Source: Gemmatimonadales bacterium (GTDB taxonomy: Bacteria > Gemmatimonadota > Gemmatimonadetes > Gemmatimonadales > JACORV01). From it: a stretch of DNA of 64,000 bases. Of this stretch, positions 34,666 to 42,758 are shown one piece after another. Every line of letters starts with the position of its first letter. The first letter of the stretch is position 1. The notes under the pieces were generated by a model that saw only the letters and a program-made list of their open reading frames with translations, had not been told where the DNA came from and did no database searches. The translations under genes were made by a program, and so were the position numbers. The stretch covers positions 3,152 through 67,151 of the forward strand of contig JBEKVZ010000004.1 of the NCBI GenBank assembly GCA_049513575.1, written 5' to 3'.

Positions 34666-35415
34666 CTATGGCAGCGTTTCCATCGTCTGCTTGACGTGGG
34701 CCTGGCCGGCGATGGTCATGTCGGTCATGCTGTGGGCGACCCGGCTGCCATCGATGTCGAAGGCGATCTCCCCGCCCCCGCTGCATGCCTCGCCCGCGGC
34801 AGAGGCGGCCGTGAACGGAAAGACCGCGATCTGGGCGCCACCCTGATGATCCACGCGGTCGAACTTGTACGTGAGGTGACACATCGCCTGCTTCGCGTTC
34901 CGGCCGGAGCCGTACGACATCGGCATGGAGTCCGACCACGTGTAGCCGGGGCTGATCGACCCCTCCGGCCACTTCCGGTTGTTGGGCCCGCGGCTCGACT
35001 GGAGGCTCTTGCCGATCATGCCGGCCATGAAGCCCGGAATGCCCGGCGCTGGGGTCACCTCGGTGGACAGCACGGTGCCGCTGGGGTCCTGATGGATGGT
35101 GAAGGACCAGCCGCGGAACGCGTCGCGGCCCGCTGCGGCGCCTGACATCACCGTCGAATCGAAGGTCATCCGTATGACGTGGTTCGGGCCGTCCATCGGC
35201 AGGATCGTCTGTGTCTGGTAGAGCGCGGACTGGGAGAGCGGCGCGCCAGAGGTGTCGACTGACGACCACTGGCGGCTCGCAATCCGGTAGTGGGTGACTT
35301 GGCCGACCGGCGGGGCGTAGCGGAGCTGAATCGCCTGCGCGTACACGGTGGACGAGACGGCCGGGAGCAGGCCGAGGAGCAGCAGCCCGGCGCGAACGAA
35401 GGAGGAACGCCTCAT
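34666..35415 (-). CDS. secreted hypothetical protein
   Basis: 249 aa from ATG 35415. Signal peptide MRRSSFVRAGLLLLGLLPAVSSTVYA. Protein-like composition with no motif I recognise. Confidence 0.65.
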   Translation of the reverse strand: MRRSSFVRAGLLLLGLLPAVSSTVYAQAIQLRYAPPVGQVTHYRIASRQWSSVDTSGAPLSQSALYQTQTILPMDGPNHVIRMTFDSTVMSGAAAGRDAFRGWSFTIHQDPSGTVLSTEVTPAPGIPGFMAGMIGKSLQSSRGPNNRKWPEGSISPGYTWSDSMPMSYGSGRNAKQAMCHLTYKFDRVDHQGGAQIAVFPFTAASAAGEACSGGGEIAFDIDGSRVAHSMTDMTIAGQAHVKQTMETLP

Positions 35416-35472
35416 GTGCGGTCTCCCGTGAAGGGGATACGGCGCCAATCTACCCGATACGGTGGTGAGTCG

Positions 35473-36390
35473 TCAGGCCCTGGGATGGAAGGTCCGAATC
35501 ACGGTGCGCAGGTACTCCCGATCCACCTTCGTGTAGAGCTGCGTGGTGCTGAGGTCGGCGTGGCCCAGCATCTCCTGCACCGCCCTGAGGTCCGCCCCGC
35601 CCTCGAGCAGGTGCGTCGCGAAGGTGTGCCGCAGAGTGTGTGGGGTGACGCGCTTGGTGAGCGCGGCCGCGCGCGCGCAGCGGCGGATGATGCCCCAGGC
35701 CCCGACGCGGGAGAGGGGCGCGCCGCGCGCGTTGAGGAAGAGCCGGCCCGCTCCCTTCCCTTTCTCCAGGTTGGGCCGGATCTCCCGGGCGTAGAGGGCG
35801 ACGGCCCCGAGGGCGCGGCGGCCGACGGGGACGAGGCGCTCCTTGCTCCCCTTGCCGTAAAGCCGCGCCAGCCCCTCGTCGAACAGGACGTCCTTGACCT
35901 CGATCCCGCACAGCTCGGAGACGCGGGCGCCCGTGGCGTAGGCGAACTCGAGGAGCGCGCGGTCGCGCCAGGCCAAGGGGTGGTCGGCGTGCGGGGCGGC
36001 GAGCAGCCGCTCGACCTCCGCGACCGTGAGCACCGCCGGGAGGGTGCGCCACTTCTTGGGGCTGGCGAGTCGCTCCGTCGGGTCGCGCACGACGTGCCCC
36101 TCGCCCACCAGGAACCGGTAATAGGTGCGGGTGGCGGAGATGTGACGGCGGATGCTGGTCGCGGCGAGCCCGAGGTCCTTCAGGCGGAAGACGAAGTCGC
36201 GCAGCGTCGCGGTGGTTGCCTGCTCGGGGGCCCCGACGCCGCGATCCGCGAGGAACTCGACCAGGTGGGCGAGATCGCGCTGGTAGGCTGCGACGGTGTT
36301 GGGGGAGGCGCCCCGCTCCAGGGCCTGGTAGTCGGCGAACTGCTCCAGCCTGAATGAGGCGGGGGCCCGGGGACCGGGGTCAGGGATCAT
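35473..36390 (-). CDS. xerD: tyrosine site-specific recombinase XerD
   Basis: 305 aa. N-terminal SAM-like domain ([17 protein letters not shown]). Catalytic [34 protein letters not shown]. The C-terminal end ...FHPRA resembles the XerD-specific ...HHPRA tail. Confidence 0.85.
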   Translation of the reverse strand: MIPDPGPRAPASFRLEQFADYQALERGASPNTVAAYQRDLAHLVEFLADRGVGAPEQATTATLRDFVFRLKDLGLAATSIRRHISATRTYYRFLVGEGHVVRDPTERLASPKKWRTLPAVLTVAEVERLLAAPHADHPLAWRDRALLEFAYATGARVSELCGIEVKDVLFDEGLARLYGKGSKERLVPVGRRALGAVALYAREIRPNLEKGKGAGRLFLNARGAPLSRVGAWGIIRRCARAAALTKRVTPHTLRHTFATHLLEGGADLRAVQEMLGHADLSTTQLYTKVDREYLRTVIRTFHPRA

Positions 36391-36432
36391 GGCGCAGCTG
36401 GCGGCGCGGCCGCGGTTGAACCGACCGGTCGG

Positions 36433-36912
36433 TCAGCCGCTGCTGACCGTGGCCACCGCGATGGCGGCGATCCCTTCGCCGCGGCCGAGCCACCCCATCC
36501 CCTCGTTGGTCTTCGCCTTGATGCTCACCGCGCCCATGTCGATCCCCAACGCCTTGGCGGTCGCGGCGCGCATCGCCCCGATCTTGTCGGCGAGCTTGGG
36601 GCGCTCGGCGATGATCGTGATGTCTACCTGCTGCACGGTGAAGCGGTCCTGCTGGAGCGTCTCGACGACCTTCTTCACGAAGCGGGTCGAGTCGGCGCCC
36701 TTCCACTGCGGATCGTCATCCGGGAAGAAGGTGCCGATGTCGCCGATCGCGACGGCGCCGAGCAAGGCGTCCACCATCGCGTGCAGGGCGACGTCCCCGT
36801 CCGAGTGCCCCGCCAGGCCGTGGGTGTGCGGGATGGTGACTCCGCCCAGACGCAGGGGGCGGCCGGCGCTGAAGCGGTGCGAGTCGTAGCCGATGCCGAC
36901 GCGTGTGCTCAT
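36433..36912 (-). CDS. ispF: 2-C-methyl-D-erythritol 2,4-cyclodiphosphate synthase
   Basis: 159 aa. RVGIGYDSHRF, GHSDGDVALHA, DIGTFFPD. ATGA overlap with the purE stop. Confidence 0.9.
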   Translation of the reverse strand: MSTRVGIGYDSHRFSAGRPLRLGGVTIPHTHGLAGHSDGDVALHAMVDALLGAVAIGDIGTFFPDDDPQWKGADSTRFVKKVVETLQQDRFTVQQVDITIIAERPKLADKIGAMRAATAKALGIDMGAVSIKAKTNEGMGWLGRGEGIAAIAVATVSSG

Positions 36913-37394
36913 GATCGCAGGATCCGGATGGCAAGATGGGCGGCGTTCTTGGCGTTGTCGATGCCGACGGTGCCGACCGGGACGCCGCTCGGCGTCTGCA
37001 CCATCGAGTACAGCGCATCGGTGCCGTGCAGCGCACCGACGTCGAACGGAATGCCGATGACCGGCAGATCGGTCTGCGCGGCCATGGCGCCGGGCAGCGC
37101 GGCGGCCAGGCCGGCGCCGCAGATCACGACGCGGTAGCCCTTGGCGCGCGCCGAGCGCGCGAGCGCGGCCGTCTTCTCCGGCTCGCGGTGCGCGGATGAG
37201 ACGAGGAAGTCGTACCCGATGCCGGCGTCGTCCAGGATCTTGAACGCCGGCTCGATGCGCGGCCGGTCCGACTCGGAGCCGACCAGGATCAGGATCGGCT
37301 TGGCGGCGTCGGTGGCACTCGCGGCGGGGCCAGATCGAGCGGACGGCGCATCGGAAGTGTCGTGTGGCGTTCGGCTCCCGTCCGGCGCGCTCAC
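36909..37394 (-). CDS. purE: N5-carboxyaminoimidazole ribonucleotide mutase with a repeat-encoded N-terminal extension
   Basis: 161 aa. ILVGSESDRP, SAHREP, GAGLAAALPGAMAAQTDLPVIGIP. The only in-frame ATG/GTG/TTG upstream of the conserved core is GTG 37394 (GTGA with the mqnC stop), inside the repeat at 37326-37394. Confidence 0.8.
   Translation of the reverse strand: MSAPDGSRTPHDTSDAPSARSGPAASATDAAKPILILVGSESDRPRIEPAFKILDDAGIGYDFLVSSAHREPEKTAALARSARAKGYRVVICGAGLAAALPGAMAAQTDLPVIGIPFDVGALHGTDALYSMVQTPSGVPVGTVGIDNAKNAAHLAIRILRS
37326..37394. repeat. 69-bp gene-junction repeat element, copy 1
   Basis: GGGGCCAGATCGAGCGGACGGCGCATCGGAAGTGTCGTGTGGCGTTCGGCTCCCGTCCGGCGCGCTCAC. By eye it matches roughly 58/69 positions of 43781-43849. 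Confidence 0.85.
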
Positions 37395-38419
37395 GCGGCC
37401 TCCTCGATGGGGCTGTAGTCCTGGCGCCGCCGAACGGGAGTGAAGCCCGCACCGGCGATGAGGCGCCGGATCTCGTCCGCCGTCGTGCGGAAGGTCGTCC
37501 CCGCGGCCGAGACCACGCTCTCCTCCATCATCAGCGAACCGAAGTCGTTGGCGCCGAAGTGCAGCGAGACCTGCCCGATCTTCATCCCCATCGTCACCCA
37601 GCTCACCTGGAGGTTGTCGAAGTTGTCGAGGGCCAGCCGCGCGATGGCCAGCGTCCGCAGGTACGTCACGGCGTCGGTCTTCGGCGTGGCCGCCATCTCG
37701 GTGTTCTCCGGCTGCAGCGGCCAGCAGATGAACGCGGTGAAGCCGCCCGTCTTCGCCTGCTGCTCCCGCAGGCGCAGCAGGTGCTCGATCCGCTCGGCAC
37801 TGGTTTCGCCCAGACCGTAGGTCATCGTGCAGGTGGTCTTCATCCCGTGACGATGAGCGGAGTCCATCACCTCCAGCCACTCGTCGGTCATCGCCTTCTT
37901 CGGCGCGACCATCTTCCGCACCCGGTCTACCAGGATCTCGCCGCCGCCGCCTGGGATGGAGTCGAGCCCCGCCTGCTGGAGCGCTTCGACCACCTGGTCC
38001 ACGGTCATGCGGTACCGCCGCGCGAAGAACTGCACCTCGGACGGCGAGAACGCATGGACGTGGATCGGATGCTCCCGCTTGATGTAGTGGAGCAGGTCGA
38101 GGTACCACTCGAACGGGATGTAGGGGTTGTGGCCGCCCTGCATCAGGATCTGCACCGCGCCGATCGCCTTGGCCTCGTCGATCTTCCGGCCGATCTCCTC
38201 GAACGACAGGGTGTAGCCTTCCGGGTGCTTGGGGCGGCGGTAGAACGCGCAGAACTTGCAGTCCGCGACGCAGACGTTCGTGTAGTTGATGTTGCGGTCC
38301 ACGATGTACGTCACGATCCCGCCGGGGTGCCGGCGCCGGCGCTCGGCGTCGGCCAGCGCGCCCAGCTCGACCAGCGGCGCGCGCTCGTACAGCTCGAGGA
38401 GCTCGGTGGCGTCAGACAC
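37391..38419 (-). CDS. mqnC: cyclic dehypoxanthinyl futalosine synthase (radical SAM)
   Basis: About 342 aa. TYIVDRNINYTNVCVADCKFCAFYR (CX3CX2C), MQGGHNP, LHFGANDFGSLMMEESVVSAAG. This resembles the SCO4550-type MqnC as I recall it. GTG 38419 is preferred over GTG 38455, which lies inside the repeat. Confidence 0.8.
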   Translation of the reverse strand: MSDATELLELYERAPLVELGALADAERRRRHPGGIVTYIVDRNINYTNVCVADCKFCAFYRRPKHPEGYTLSFEEIGRKIDEAKAIGAVQILMQGGHNPYIPFEWYLDLLHYIKREHPIHVHAFSPSEVQFFARRYRMTVDQVVEALQQAGLDSIPGGGGEILVDRVRKMVAPKKAMTDEWLEVMDSAHRHGMKTTCTMTYGLGETSAERIEHLLRLREQQAKTGGFTAFICWPLQPENTEMAATPKTDAVTYLRTLAIARLALDNFDNLQVSWVTMGMKIGQVSLHFGANDFGSLMMEESVVSAAGTTFRTTADEIRRLIAGAGFTPVRRRQDYSPIEEAA

Positions 38420-38431
38420 GAGCCGCGCTCC

Positions 38432-38514
38432 GGAGGCACGGAGGCACGGAGGCACAGACGCACGGGCAATCGCCGCGTGGCGCGGTGCCCCCGTGCCTCC
38501 GTGCCCCCGTGCCC
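38432..38514. repeat. palindromic octamer-array element, copy 2
   Basis: Left arm GGCACGGAGGCACGGAGGCACAGACGCACGGG (38435-38466). Right arm GTGCCCCCGTGCCTCCGTGCCCCCGTGCCC (38485-38514). The right arm and its flank up to the mqnA stop codon are near-identical to copy 1. Confidence 0.85.
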
Positions 38515-38521
38515 GCTGCGC

Positions 38522-39343
38522 TCATGCGGCTCCCAGGAACGAGAGGGTGCCGTCCGGCACGGCGCCATGCGCCGCGAGCCGGCGGAGGAAGTCCGTGAGG
38601 CCGGCCAGGTGGCGGTACGAGAGCCCGTAGTCGAGCCCCGCCAGATACTCGCGGCACGTGCCGTGCTCGACGCCCGTGGCCTCGCTGGCGCGCTCGGCGA
38701 GGTCGCCCAGGTGGCCCAGCCCCCACTTGCGGCTCGCCAGGAGGGCGCGGTGCACGTCGCGCACCCCCTGCCGGTCCACCGCCCGCCGCGCCGCCCAGAT
38801 CGCGAACACGAACGGGAGCCCGGTCCACGTCTTCCAGGCCTGGCCCAGGTCCGTCACGTGGGGGTAGGCGCGCTGCGCCGTCAGCAGCAGAGCGGCATCG
38901 CCGATCACCAGAACGCCGTCGTGCGGCACGGCGGAGAGCCCTGCGAGGTCGCCGGGCTCGGTCGGGGCCGGCGCGGCATCCAGCGCCACGTGCCAGTGAT
39001 CCCGCGCCAGGAGGCCGAGCAGCTCCACCGAGGTCCGCGAGGAGGTGGAGACCAGCACCCGCGCCCCGTCCAGCTGCCCGGGGGGCCGCCGGCTGAACAG
39101 GAGGACGCTCCGCACCGGGCCGTCCGAGCTGATCGCAAGATCGGGCAGCAGGTCGTAGTCCGCCGCGTGGCGGGCGTAGGCGACCGCCGAGATCACGCTC
39201 ACGTCGAGGCGCCCGTCGGCCAGCCGATCGTTGAGCTCGGCCGGCGTGCCGGTCACCAGGGACGCCGGAACCGCCACCAGGCCGCGGTCGATCGCCCCGT
39301 AGACCGGGTAGCAGTTCACGTAGCCGATCCGGCCGAGGCGCAT
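38522..39343 (-). CDS. mqnA: chorismate dehydratase (futalosine pathway)
   Basis: 273 aa. MRLGRIGYVNCYPVY...VSVISAVAYA...LPFVFAIWAAR. ATG 39343 overlaps the mqnE stop by 1 nt. The rest of the 954-aa ORF is artefact. Confidence 0.85.
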   Translation of the reverse strand: MRLGRIGYVNCYPVYGAIDRGLVAVPASLVTGTPAELNDRLADGRLDVSVISAVAYARHAADYDLLPDLAISSDGPVRSVLLFSRRPPGQLDGARVLVSTSSRTSVELLGLLARDHWHVALDAAPAPTEPGDLAGLSAVPHDGVLVIGDAALLLTAQRAYPHVTDLGQAWKTWTGLPFVFAIWAARRAVDRQGVRDVHRALLASRKWGLGHLGDLAERASEATGVEHGTCREYLAGLDYGLSYRHLAGLTDFLRRLAAHGAVPDGTLSFLGAA

Positions 39344-40485
39344 CAGTCGAAGGTCCGCACGGTCTGGTAGAGCGAGTCGCGCTCGACCGGCGTCTTCCCC
39401 GCGCCGCGGATCAGCTCGACCAGGCCGCCCAAGGTGAGCTCCATCGGCGTGCGCGCCCCGGCCTCGTGGTAGACGCGCTCGTAGACCACGGTGCCCTCGA
39501 CGTCGTCGCAGCCGAAATGGAGCGCGACCTGGGAGATGAAGGCCGATACCATCGGCCAGTGCGTCTTCACGTGCGGCACGTTGTCCAGGACCAGGCGCGC
39601 CACGGCGATGTTCATCAGGTCGTCCACGCCCGTGGTCGAGCGGCCCTGCCAGCCCAACTCCGCGCCCAGCGCGTTGTTGTCCGGATGGTAGGCGAGCGGG
39701 ATGAACGTCAGGAAGCCCGAGGTCTCGTCCTGCAGGCCGCGCAGGATCAGCAGGTGCTCGGCGCGGTCGCGCAGGGTCTCGACGTGCCCGTACAGCATCG
39801 TGCAGTTGGTGGGAATGCCGAGGGCGTGCGCCTGGCGGTGCACCTCGAGCCAGTCGTCCGCCGCCAGCTTCCGGTCGGCGATCGTCATGCGCACGGCGCG
39901 CCCGAAGACTTCGGCGCCGCCGCCCGGGAGGCTGGTCAGGCCCGCCTCCTTGAGCTGCATCAGGACCTCGCGGAACGAGCACTTCTCGATCCGGGCGAGG
40001 TGCGCGATCTCGACCGCGGTCAGCGCCTTGACGTGCACGCCGGGGTACGCCTCGCGCAGGGCGCGGATCATGTCCGTGTAGTACGAAAGCCGCAGCTTCG
40101 GGTGCAGGCCGCCGACGATGTGGAACTCGCGGGTCGGTGCGCTCTTGGCCTGCGCGGCCTCGGCCAGCACTTCCTCCAGGGTCCGCGTGTAGGCGCCCTC
40201 CTCCTTCGGCGTGCGCGCGAACGAGCAGAAGACGCAGGTGTTGCGGAGCACGCAGACGTTGGTCGGGTTGATGTGCTGGTTGGACGAGAAGAACACGCGG
40301 TCGCCGTTCTTCTCCCCGTTCCTGGCGTCGGCCAGGGCGCCGACGGCGAGGAAGTCGCGGCTCTCGAAGAGGCGCACCGCGTCCTCGACGTCGAGGCGCT
40401 CGCCCGCGGCGAGCTTCTCCACGACGGGGCGCAGGGCGTCGTCGTGCAACGGGATGTCCGTGATGTCGCGGAGCGCCGAGGTCAT
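39343..40485 (-). CDS. mqnE: aminodeoxyfutalosine synthase-like radical SAM enzyme
   Basis: 380 aa. LAAGERLDVEDAVRLFESRDFLAVGALAD, HINPTNVCVLRNTCVFCSF, GGGAEVF, TMLYGHVE, LQDETSGFLTFIPL, NVPHVKTHW. This resembles the SCO4494-type MqnE as I recall it. Confidence 0.8.
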   Translation of the reverse strand: MTSALRDITDIPLHDDALRPVVEKLAAGERLDVEDAVRLFESRDFLAVGALADARNGEKNGDRVFFSSNQHINPTNVCVLRNTCVFCSFARTPKEEGAYTRTLEEVLAEAAQAKSAPTREFHIVGGLHPKLRLSYYTDMIRALREAYPGVHVKALTAVEIAHLARIEKCSFREVLMQLKEAGLTSLPGGGAEVFGRAVRMTIADRKLAADDWLEVHRQAHALGIPTNCTMLYGHVETLRDRAEHLLILRGLQDETSGFLTFIPLAYHPDNNALGAELGWQGRSTTGVDDLMNIAVARLVLDNVPHVKTHWPMVSAFISQVALHFGCDDVEGTVVYERVYHEAGARTPMELTLGGLVELIRGAGKTPVERDSLYQTVRTFD

Positions 40486-40494
40486 GCCGCGGCC

Positions 40495-41736
40495 CTAGGC
40501 GTCGAACCGCTTGACGATGAGCGAGGCGTTGTGCCCGCCGAAGCCGAACGAGTTGGACATCGCGACGTCCACCCGGCGCTCGACGGCGCGGTTGGGCGCG
40601 CAGTCCAGGTCGCACTCGGGATCCGGGGTGCGGTAGTTGATGGTCGGCGGAATCACGCCGTGCGCGATCACCAGGGTGCAGATCGCAAACTCCACCCCGC
40701 CCGCCGCGCCGAGCAGGTGGCCGGTCATGGACTTGGTGGAACCGAAGACGAGCCTGCGGGCGTGGTCGCCGAAGATCTTCTTGACCGCCTGCGTCTCGGC
40801 GACGTCGCCCGGAGGCGTGGAGGTGCCGTGCGCGTTCACGTAGCCGATGGCGGCGGTCTCGATCTTGGCGTCGGCCAGGGCCCCCCGCATCGCCAGCTGA
40901 GCGCCGCGGCCCTCCGGCGCGGGATTCGTCATGTGGTAGGCGTCGGCGCTCATCCCGAAGCCGACGACCTCGCCCAGGATCCGCGCCCCGCGCCGCTCGG
41001 CGTGCTCGAGGCTCTCCAGCACGACCACGCCCGCCCCCTCCCCCATCACGAACCCGTCCCGCGTCTTGTCGAACGGCCGGGAGGCGTGCTCCGGGTCGTC
41101 GTTGCGGGTGGACAGGGCCTTCATGTTGGCGAAGCCGGCGATCGCGAGCGGCGTAATCGCGGACTCCGCCCCGCCCGCGATCATCACGTCGGCGTCGCAG
41201 TCCTGGATCAGCCGGTAGGACTCCCCGATGGCGTGCGCCGAAGAGGCGCAGGCCGACACCGTGCAGTAGTTGGGGCCCGTGAAGCCGTAGCGCATCGCCA
41301 CCAGCCCCGACGCCATGTCCGGGATGAACATCGGGACGAAGAACGGGGACACGCGGGACGGCCCCTGCTGGAGGAAGATCTTGCACTGCTCCTCGAACGT
41401 GCCGATCCCGCCGATCCCGCTCCCGATGATGACGCCGGTACGGGCGGGGTCCGGGAACTTGCCTTCGAGGTCCGCGTCGCGGACCGCCTGCGCGGTGGCG
41501 GCGAGCGCGTACTGCGCGAACAGGTCGCAGCGCTTCGCCTCCTTCTTCTCCAGGTAGGCCAGGGGGTCGAACCCCTTCACCTCGCAGGCGAACGTCACGT
41601 CCAGCGGGGTGGGATCGAAACGCTGAATGCGCGCGGCCCCGGACTTCCCGGCGACCAGCGCGCTCCAGCTTTCTTCGACGGTGTTGCCGACGGGCGTCAC
41701 CAGCCCGAGGCCGGTGACGACGACCCTCCGCGCCAC
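40495..41736 (-). CDS. fabF: 3-oxoacyl-ACP synthase II
   Basis: 413 aa. VVVTGLGLVTPVGN, active site TVSACASSAHAIG, NAHGTSTPPGD, SNSFGFGGHNASL. GTG 41736 overlaps the acpP stop by 1 nt. Confidence 0.95.
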   Translation of the reverse strand: MARRVVVTGLGLVTPVGNTVEESWSALVAGKSGAARIQRFDPTPLDVTFACEVKGFDPLAYLEKKEAKRCDLFAQYALAATAQAVRDADLEGKFPDPARTGVIIGSGIGGIGTFEEQCKIFLQQGPSRVSPFFVPMFIPDMASGLVAMRYGFTGPNYCTVSACASSAHAIGESYRLIQDCDADVMIAGGAESAITPLAIAGFANMKALSTRNDDPEHASRPFDKTRDGFVMGEGAGVVVLESLEHAERRGARILGEVVGFGMSADAYHMTNPAPEGRGAQLAMRGALADAKIETAAIGYVNAHGTSTPPGDVAETQAVKKIFGDHARRLVFGSTKSMTGHLLGAAGGVEFAICTLVIAHGVIPPTINYRTPDPECDLDCAPNRAVERRVDVAMSNSFGFGGHNASLIVKRFDA

Positions 41737-41987
41737 TACTTCGCGCCCATCCGCTGATGCAGGTACGTGAGCGCGTCCCCGACGGTGCGGAGCTTCTCCG
41801 CTTCCTCGTCCGGGATGTCGAGGTCGAACTCCTTCTCGAAGGCCATTACGAGCTCGACGGTGTCGAGGCTGTCGGCACCGAGATCCTCCATGAAGCTCGC
41901 CTCGTTCGTGAGCTTCTCGCGCTCGACGCCCAACTCCTCGGCGATGATGTCCTTCACTCGCGCTTCGAGATTCGCCATGTCGGCCAT
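41736..41987 (-). CDS. acpP: acyl carrier protein
   Basis: 83 aa. [19 protein letters not shown] (phosphopantetheine Ser in DSLD). Confidence 0.95.
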   Translation of the reverse strand: MADMANLEARVKDIIAEELGVEREKLTNEASFMEDLGADSLDTVELVMAFEKEFDLDIPDEEAEKLRTVGDALTYLHQRMGAK

Positions 41988-42017
41988 GAGAGTCCTGCCC
42001 CTCCTGAAGTTGGACCG

Positions 42018-42758
42018 CTACATCACCATTCCGCCGTCGACCACGATCACCTGGCCCGTAATGTACGATGCGGCATCGGATGCGAGGAAGGCCACGGCGG
42101 CGGCCACGTCCTCGGGCGATCCGAGGCGCCCCAAAGCGATCTGCCCGCTCAACGCCTCCCGGGCCTGGGCCGACAGGCCCGCCGTCATGTCCGTCTCGAT
42201 GAAGCCCGGGGCCACCACGTTCACCCGGATGTTCCGCGACGCCAGCTCCTTCGCGACGCTCTTCGACAGCCCGATCAGGCCGGCCTTCGACGCCGCGTAG
42301 TTCGCCTGCCCCTTGTTGCCGACCAGCCCCACGACGCTCGCGATGTTGATGACCCGGCCGGACCGGCGCTTCATCATCCCGGGTATGACGGCCTTCATCG
42401 TGAGGTAGGCGCCCTTCAGGTTGACGTCCAGCACCGTGTCCCATTGCTCCTGGGAGAGGCGCGCCAGGAGGGCGTCGCGCGTGATCCCGGCGTTGTTGAC
42501 GAGGATCTCGATCGGGCCCAGGTGCGCTTCCACCTCCGCGACGCACGCCTCGATGGCGGCGGCGTCCACCACGTCCACCAGGAAGCCGCGGGAGCCGCAG
42601 CCGATCTCGGCCGCGACCTCGAGTGCGTGCTCGTAATCCCGGTCCAGGACGGCGACGTGCGCGCCCTGCCCGCACGCCAGCTCCTTCGCGATGGCCCGGC
42701 CGATGCCCCGGCCCGCCCCCGTCACCATCGCCACCTTGTCGTCGAGCCCGAAGTTCAC
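42018..42758 (-). CDS. fabG: 3-oxoacyl-ACP reductase
   Basis: 246 aa. VTGAGRGIGRAIA, NNAGI, YAASKAG, PGFIETDM. GTGA overlap with the fabD stop. Confidence 0.9.
   Translation of the reverse strand: MNFGLDDKVAMVTGAGRGIGRAIAKELACGQGAHVAVLDRDYEHALEVAAEIGCGSRGFLVDVVDAAAIEACVAEVEAHLGPIEILVNNAGITRDALLARLSQEQWDTVLDVNLKGAYLTMKAVIPGMMKRRSGRVINIASVVGLVGNKGQANYAASKAGLIGLSKSVAKELASRNIRVNVVAPGFIETDMTAGLSAQAREALSGQIALGRLGSPEDVAAAVAFLASDAASYITGQVIVVDGGMVM

Noticed and set aside
35473-36390. The tyrosine recombinase as an integrase marking a mobile element or island.
   Set aside because: It is a full-length XerD-type protein with the characteristic ...HPRA C-terminus, embedded in a housekeeping operon. There are no flanking att repeats, phage genes or transposon genes.
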